Virus record (IMG/VR): IMGVR_UViG_3300042358_000005
Span: 32,001-96,000 of that record
From: a virus
Taxonomy: Duplodnaviria; Caudoviricetes
Length of the DNA: 64,000 nt
Direction: 5' to 3' (one strand)
Position numbers and translations under genes: made by a program. The notes beneath the pieces were generated by a model. It was not told the origin of the DNA and made no database searches. It saw only the letters and a list, made by a program, of their open reading frames with translations. Shown in pieces: positions 59,063 to 64,000 of the stretch; within the stretch, counting starts at the first letter, position 1; each line of letters opens with the position of its first letter.

Positions 59063-59281
59063 TTTTATTGATTTTTAATTGTTTAAAGATAGTTAATTTT
59101 TTTGTAAATGTCAAGTTTTTTCCATCATTTACTGGACAAAATGTTGTCTAATTATGTCATATATAGCACATTATAGCTAATATGTTATACAGTGTGTAAG
59201 AAATCCTTACATACCATAATAGGTATTCTTGGTGAAAAATAGGTATTTCTAATCTGTTTTGGTGAAAAATGAGTTGAGGAT

Positions 59282-59308
59282 AAAAAAGCCCCAGATTTCT
59301 CTAGGGCC
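59282..59308 (-). terminator. Intrinsic terminator
   Basis: On - strand GCCCTAGA-GAAA-TCTGGGGC followed by TTTTTT. Confidence 0.75.
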
Positions 59309-59340
59309 TTCTCAACAATTAAAAAACAGAACAGAACTTT

Positions 59341-59517
59341 TTATTCACTTGTTCTAAGTGATGTATTTCCTTTTTCATTTTTATCATAAGGACAATGTCT
59401 ACATTGACTTCCGCAACATGGGCCTCTTTTTTCCAGATATTCTTTTGTGAAATGGACTCTCCCATCTTCTAAGTAATAATCCCTGTCTATTGTAAATTTT
59501 CTTTTTTCTTCGTCCAT
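59341..59517 (-). CDS. DUF5522-like Cys-rich micro-protein (58 aa; not in ORF track)
   Basis: MDEEKRKFTIDRDYYLEDGRVHFTKEYLEKRGPCCGSQCRHCPYDKNEKGNT…. Confidence 0.75.
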   Translation of the reverse strand: MDEEKRKFTIDRDYYLEDGRVHFTKEYLEKRGPCCGSQCRHCPYDKNEKGNTSLRTSE

Positions 59518-59695
59518 CTTCTTTATTCATTTTAGAGGGAACATCTATTTCTCCCTCGTTAAATAATTTTATTACACTTGGTAGCTCTATATGAAATAGC
59601 TCTGATATGAACTCAGCTGATAGTTCTGGATACTTCTCTTTATATTCGTATATTAAGAGTTTAGTCTTTAGTGTCAACTTTCTTATATAAGGCAT
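59399..59695 (-). CDS. Hypothetical protein, possibly helix-turn-helix
   Basis: PELSAEFISELFHIELPSVIKLF; the 3' end overlaps the DUF5522-like gene. Confidence 0.55.
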   Translation of the reverse strand: MPYIRKLTLKTKLLIYEYKEKYPELSAEFISELFHIELPSVIKLFNEGEIDVPSKMNKEDGRRKKKIYNRQGLLLRRWESPFHKRISGKKRPMLRKSM

Positions 59696-59921
59696 TGGTG
59701 AATTGTTTTAAAAGTTCTCTCTCATCCTCAAAGACATATCTGTATTTTATATCCTTGTACTCCTCCATAATAAAAGGATTCTGTAACTTTCTCCAGAAGT
59801 TCTTAGTATCATCAGTTTCTACAGCTAAAATAATATGAGCATCAGTGTATCCACAAACACGTCCTTGATACTTTGGATGTACAATTAACATGTTCTTATA
59901 CTTATTAAATACTGTTTCCAT
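59661..59921 (-). CDS. Hypothetical protein
   Basis: 86-aa ORF in operon. Confidence 0.65.
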   Translation of the reverse strand: METVFNKYKNMLIVHPKYQGRVCGYTDAHIILAVETDDTKNFWRKLQNPFIMEEYKDIKYRYVFEDERELLKQFTNALYKKVDTKD

Positions 59922-60231
59922 TCTTATCTAGGTTTAAACTTAATAATCTATTCTCTACCTCGTATTCCACTTTTAGAATGAAGTTGATCTTCTCTTCAAG
60001 TTCTTGCTCTAGAATTCTTCCTGCAAATGGCATAAGCTCTTGGAGATTTGTTCTCACTCTTGTTAATCCATGTTGTGTAGTGATTTCACTATATAGGAAT
60101 CCAGGAATCTGTGTAAGGTCATTGAATATCTCATCAACATATGCAATTACAGATGGAATCTCTAATAACATACCAGATTCATGATCTTGATAGTCTTTAT
60201 ATTTTTCATTAAATTCTTTTGTTGTTCTCAT
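59905..60231 (-). CDS. Hypothetical protein
   Basis: 108-aa ORF preceded by a TATATTTG box. Confidence 0.7.
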   Translation of the reverse strand: MRTTKEFNEKYKDYQDHESGMLLEIPSVIAYVDEIFNDLTQIPGFLYSEITTQHGLTRVRTNLQELMPFAGRILEQELEEKINFILKVEYEVENRLLSLNLDKNGNSI

Positions 60232-60252
60232 GGTTTTATAATTTTAGGGAGA

Positions 60253-60260
60253 CAAATATA
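60253..60260 (-). promoter_or_regulatory. -7 box TATATTTG
   Basis: caaatata on + strand in the 60232-60280 gap. Confidence 0.55.
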
Positions 60261-60280
60261 CATCATCTCCCTGGTTATTC

Positions 60281-60664
60281 CTAATTAATTTCTTCTTCTT
60301 TTAGAGATAGTTTATTCTCTAATATTTCAAATGCAGCTTCTATAGCAAATAGCTCTGACTCTTTTCTTGTCTTCCAAGAATTAGTTGTTGCTTGTCTACC
60401 AATTATAACTGTAAATTCTTTACTAGGATATAATAAAGTTTCTATCACTATATCATTCTCATCAAATACATCAAATAGCATTCTTGGATTGGCATCTATT
60501 AGTATTGCCATTTTCTCATTTTCTAACCCTTGTTTAAGTATATAGTCTTTGAAGTCTTGATCTATTGATTCATCATTCAATGAAGTGATCATTCTTTCTA
60601 AAAACCAATCTTTCATCACCTTAGCAGCAAATGGGTATTTTTCTAAAAGAGTTATTCCTTCCAT
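60281..60664 (-). CDS. Hypothetical protein
   Basis: 127-aa ORF. Confidence 0.7.
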   Translation of the reverse strand: MEGITLLEKYPFAAKVMKDWFLERMITSLNDESIDQDFKDYILKQGLENEKMAILIDANPRMLFDVFDENDIVIETLLYPSKEFTVIIGRQATTNSWKTRKESELFAIEAAFEILENKLSLKEEEIN

Positions 60665-60665
60665 A

Positions 60666-60869
60666 TTATTTTATTGTTAATTGTTTATTCAAAGCTACTC
60701 CTGCATCTAACCACCAGATTCTTTCAAAATCATATTCAGTTAGTGGTTCTTTGTCTTTACATGCTTGATATTTGATATCATACATTAAACTGGCTAAATG
60801 ACAAAACTCTGCAGCTTTATCACTTCCTACTTCTTCTATAATCGCTTCTAAGATGTCTCTATTGCACAT
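60666..60869 (-). CDS. Hypothetical protein
   Basis: 67-aa ORF. Confidence 0.6.
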   Translation of the reverse strand: MCNRDILEAIIEEVGSDKAAEFCHLASLMYDIKYQACKDKEPLTEYDFERIWWLDAGVALNKQLTIK

Positions 60870-61429
60870 TGTTCTTTTATTTTATTAAGTTCTAAAATTT
60901 CTTTTTGTTCACTCCAACCTTCCCACACTTCAAAATCTTGTCCAACTGTATCTTCAAGGTGTATTCCAAGTTTTTCTTCCCAGAAGTCTACAAGATCTTC
61001 AGCTTTGTTAAAGATTCTGTATTGTAAAGATATCTCATCCTTGTGTAGTCCATTTCTAACTATCTTTATTATTTTTGGGAATAATTTTTGAAAATCTGTA
61101 GATGTCTTAGAATATTTACCTTGTTTGATTAGTTGAAAATCCTTCTTATATTTTTCATTAAGTTGATAAACCACTACAACAAATCCATCTTCATAATCAT
61201 AATCTTCTATAATTGTTTTGGTTCTTTCATATTCATTATCTAAAAACTCTCTAAATTTATTTAGATCAGTAGGTTTAAATAACAAATATATAGAGTCTTT
61301 GTAATCATCTCCCTCTTTTCTTGCATCTTTAATATATGCATTAATGAATCCATTTCCTCTAAGAGCATCTTTAGGTACCTTGAGGGTAGGTACCATAAAA
61401 ATGCTAGTTATATTCTTTTTTATTTCCAT
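60848..61429 (-). CDS. Hypothetical protein downstream of the exonuclease
   Basis: 193 aa; FINAY…YLLFKP…GKYSK. Confidence 0.7.
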   Translation of the reverse strand: MEIKKNITSIFMVPTLKVPKDALRGNGFINAYIKDARKEGDDYKDSIYLLFKPTDLNKFREFLDNEYERTKTIIEDYDYEDGFVVVVYQLNEKYKKDFQLIKQGKYSKTSTDFQKLFPKIIKIVRNGLHKDEISLQYRIFNKAEDLVDFWEEKLGIHLEDTVGQDFEVWEGWSEQKEILELNKIKEQCAIETS

Positions 61430-61430
61430 G

Positions 61431-62483
61431 TTAGCCTTTAATGTTTACTACTCCGTTAGATAAATAATTCTTGTGGCTTATGTTCCATGTGTTTGTAGAT
61501 ACACACCATTTCAATGCTGCAATCAAACTTCCTACACCAGGATAAGTTCTTCCTTTGTGTACAAATCCGTGATATGCATCTTCCATATCATCAATATCTA
61601 ATATATAGATCAATGGTTGATAGTAATTGGTGCTGTCACACACAATGAATTGTAAATAGTTTACTTGATATCCATAATAAGGACTATCTGGATTATTTGC
61701 TAGATGTATCATTGCATGAAAATACAAATAAGCTTGGATGTACGCTCTTCTGTACAAGTAATATTCTTCATAGAAGTTTTCTACAGACCATGTGCATTTA
61801 AGATCATATGGTTGAATAGTCTTTTCTTTGTGATCTATCACCACTTTATCAAGCATAGATTTAAATGGATGTCCATCTATCTCATATCCTTCCACTTGCA
61901 TCTGATCTATAATTTCATATCTAGAACTATTTACAAGATTAACAATTGGTGCTGTTGTACTATTGATTCTAAGTTGTTCTACAATTTTCTCAGCAATAGA
62001 TATCTCCATTGTATTCACTACAGTTAGATTTTGAGTTCTAACCTTCCTGATTTCATTATAATAGATTTCTGCATCACTTCCTATAAACTTACTTACAACT
62101 GCTTCATACTTAATCTTGAATCCAGAATCTCTATATGCAGCTTCTAACAATTCATTCATAGGTGTTTTAACTATACCAGATTCATCTGTAGCATCTCTTG
62201 TATTTCTATACAATGCTTCAACAAAATCTAACATAAGTCCTGTTGGTGTAGATGCACAAGATGACATATAGAACTTCTCATCAAATAAATGAGGTTCCAT
62301 AAGTAGGGTTTCAACTATTCTACCCATATTAGCTGCTGAGCTATCTTTATCTTCTACTTTCTCTTTGAGGAAATATTTCTTATAATACTTTTTTCTATCT
62401 TGAGAAAAATCTTTTAGGCTACTGGATGAATCCATAAGCACTGCTCTGTATTGAGCTTCTGTTTTTGCTGTTCCTTTTATCAT
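61431..62483 (-). CDS. PD-(D/E)xK exonuclease (RecE/DUF3799-like)
   Basis: SSSSLK…GRIVETLL…KSMLDKV…YDLKCT…YIQAYLY. Confidence 0.75.
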   Translation of the reverse strand: MIKGTAKTEAQYRAVLMDSSSSLKDFSQDRKKYYKKYFLKEKVEDKDSSAANMGRIVETLLMEPHLFDEKFYMSSCASTPTGLMLDFVEALYRNTRDATDESGIVKTPMNELLEAAYRDSGFKIKYEAVVSKFIGSDAEIYYNEIRKVRTQNLTVVNTMEISIAEKIVEQLRINSTTAPIVNLVNSSRYEIIDQMQVEGYEIDGHPFKSMLDKVVIDHKEKTIQPYDLKCTWSVENFYEEYYLYRRAYIQAYLYFHAMIHLANNPDSPYYGYQVNYLQFIVCDSTNYYQPLIYILDIDDMEDAYHGFVHKGRTYPGVGSLIAALKWCVSTNTWNISHKNYLSNGVVNIKG

Positions 62484-62484
62484 A

Positions 62485-62649
62485 TTATTTATAGATTAAT
62501 ATTGCACTATATTTGTAAATCTCTTTTGGATGAGGTACATGTACTAAAGACATTGATACAACTGTCTTCACTATCTTCTTATCTATTAGTTGCTGTAACT
62601 CTTTATTTATATTGAAGAGTTTCTCATCTTCCCATGTCCATGTATTCAT
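62485..62649 (-). CDS. Small hypothetical protein (54 aa; not in ORF track)
   Basis: MNTWTWEDEKLFNINKELQQ…YSAILIYK; fills the gap exactly. Confidence 0.6.
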   Translation of the reverse strand: MNTWTWEDEKLFNINKELQQLIDKKIVKTVVSMSLVHVPHPKEIYKYSAILIYK

Positions 62650-62876
62650 AATGTTTGTTTAAATGCTTCAATTATTTGTGGATACAAAGCTCGTATCTCC
62701 CTTGGTACTCTAGCAAAGAACCATCTCACCTCTAGTTCATATTCTTCTCCTCCATTATCTAATCCTTGAGGATGTATTAACCAGAAGTAATGAAACTTAC
62801 CATTGTGTTCTATGTGCCCTTCATGCCACACCTCACTAAATGCAGGTGTCTTATTGATTGTGATTGCGTTAGTCAT
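62646..62876 (-). CDS. Hypothetical protein
   Basis: 76-aa ORF. Confidence 0.7.
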   Translation of the reverse strand: MTNAITINKTPAFSEVWHEGHIEHNGKFHYFWLIHPQGLDNGGEEYELEVRWFFARVPREIRALYPQIIEAFKQTL

Positions 62877-63276
62877 TTATTGTTATTTTATTTTTTATAC
62901 GATGTAATACTTCTTTATCTAATATGTCTTCCATCCATGGTTCAATTCTTCCTCCCATGTCTATAAGAATATTAATGATGTGATCATTTGACATATCTGC
63001 CACTGATTTATATGATAAAGGGCTTCTGCCATCTTTACCTCTACCACCCCAATGTGCAGCACTTCTATTCATCATATGATCATCTGATAGATATATTGTA
63101 GAACTATTATCTACTAATGAAAGATCTTTTCCTCCATATCGTTGATAAGCTGTTCCACCATCTATCATTGTTTCATTTTCACATCCACATGTTTTATAAT
63201 CATGTCTGTTATATGATGTAAGAACATCTCCACAGCTTTTACACTGTACCCTATTCAGTATTATTTGTTTTTCCAT
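62869..63276 (-). CDS. Zinc-ribbon phage protein
   Basis: NRVQCKSCGD…RHDYKTCGC…IDGG. Confidence 0.75.
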   Translation of the reverse strand: MEKQIILNRVQCKSCGDVLTSYNRHDYKTCGCENETMIDGGTAYQRYGGKDLSLVDNSSTIYLSDDHMMNRSAAHWGGRGKDGRSPLSYKSVADMSNDHIINILIDMGGRIEPWMEDILDKEVLHRIKNKITIND

Positions 63277-63400
63277 TTATCATTCTTTTTAAATGTTTAT
63301 ACATTCTATTTCCAAAACAATAAGGACATGGTCCATTGTTTCTACATTGATGACTAACAGCTTTAGCTCCTGTCTTCTTCTGTTTTATTGTTCTGCTCAT
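63251..63400 (-). CDS. Small basic Cys-containing protein (49 aa; not in ORF track)
   Basis: MSRTIKQKKTGAKAVSHQCRNNGPCPYCFGNRMYK…. Confidence 0.65.
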   Translation of the reverse strand: MSRTIKQKKTGAKAVSHQCRNNGPCPYCFGNRMYKHLKRMINGKTNNTE

Positions 63401-63819
63401 CGATCACATTCTACTTGTGCCTCAGGAAATTCCTTTAATGTCTTAAGGTATTCTTCTATCCAAGGTACAAAGTTATGATACATTCCCCAACCATTTGGGC
63501 TGTTAAACTTCTCATAATGTTTTGGTCTAGCCTTCATATCTTTGAGTCCTTTTTCGATTATTTCGATTATTTCATTTGCTTTTACTGGATTAGCTTCTTC
63601 AAATGCATATTCTGCATCATAATCATCTTCAGGAATGTTATATCCTTCTTTTAATTGATAAGGTCTCCACAGTGCTTCATATATTCCTGCTTCTGCTGCC
63701 ATCTCTCCAAGATTATGTGTAATGTTTGCACTATACACTTCTTCTTGTTTTGGTTCTAATGTTTCACCACCATCATAACTTACATGATAGTTTCTATATA
63801 ATGTTACATCTAAGCTCAT
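63397..63819 (-). CDS. Hypothetical phage protein
   Basis: MSLDV…ANITHNL…PNGWG. Confidence 0.75.
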   Translation of the reverse strand: MSLDVTLYRNYHVSYDGGETLEPKQEEVYSANITHNLGEMAAEAGIYEALWRPYQLKEGYNIPEDDYDAEYAFEEANPVKANEIIEIIEKGLKDMKARPKHYEKFNSPNGWGMYHNFVPWIEEYLKTLKEFPEAQVECDR

Positions 63820-63821
63820 GA

Positions 63822-63980
63822 TTAATATAATTTAATCCTAAAGCCCCATCTTGATGAAGCCATATATTGTTCAAAATAATAATCTTGCCAGTAATATACC
63901 ATTTTACCTGCTACTTTATCATAGAATGGTGTTCTTGTTAATTTGACCATAGTCCATCTACTTATAAGATTTTTTATCAT
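63822..63980 (-). CDS. Small hypothetical protein (52 aa; not in ORF track)
   Basis: MIKNLISRWTMVKLTRTPFYDKV…WGFRIKLY. Confidence 0.55.
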   Translation of the reverse strand: MIKNLISRWTMVKLTRTPFYDKVAGKMVYYWQDYYFEQYMASSRWGFRIKLY

Positions 63981-64000
63981 AGTTTCTTTTTAGATTGTTT

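Noticed and set aside
59063-59340. tRNA or known ncRNA in the largest intergenic gap
   Set aside because: No cloverleaf or T-loop GTTCGA motif recognised; only short repeats and hairpins

Overview
An AT-rich, densely coding 64 kb piece of a tailed phage genome, read in the standard genetic code. It is most likely a crAss-like (Cellulophaga phi14:2-type) podovirus of a Bacteroidota host. Support: a giant virion protein with the GYRIPTQ and GSDFDIDK RNA-polymerase motifs, repeated TAnnTTTG promoter boxes, A-rich starts without Shine-Dalgarno sequences, and a DUF5675 lysin. Positions 1-54269 are almost all + strand: tail stabilisation/muzzle genes split in three, ejection proteins, a 4328-aa virion RNA polymerase, fibre/collagen-like proteins, a sulfation-glycosylation cassette, lysis genes and small basic proteins. 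Positions 54296-64000 are - strand: two glycosyltransferases, GroES, thioredoxin, MazG-like, RecA, a PD-(D/E)xK exonuclease and small hypothetical genes. The best candidate for an undescribed system is a phage-encoded mucin-like virion O-glycosylation and sulfation pathway. Many structural proteins carry poly-Thr tails or Gly-Thr-Ser collagen-register tracts. A glycosyltransferase with the motif order of plant protein O-glycosyltransferases (GT95 HPAT / GT96 SGT) sits between three poly-Thr micro-proteins. The window also encodes a methyltransferase-GT-GT4-TibC/Aah-like fusion, GT9, GT2 and DUF616-like enzymes, a sulfotransferase, an APS kinase and a candidate minimal ATP sulfurylase. All family assignments come from motifs recognised by eye; no searches were run.
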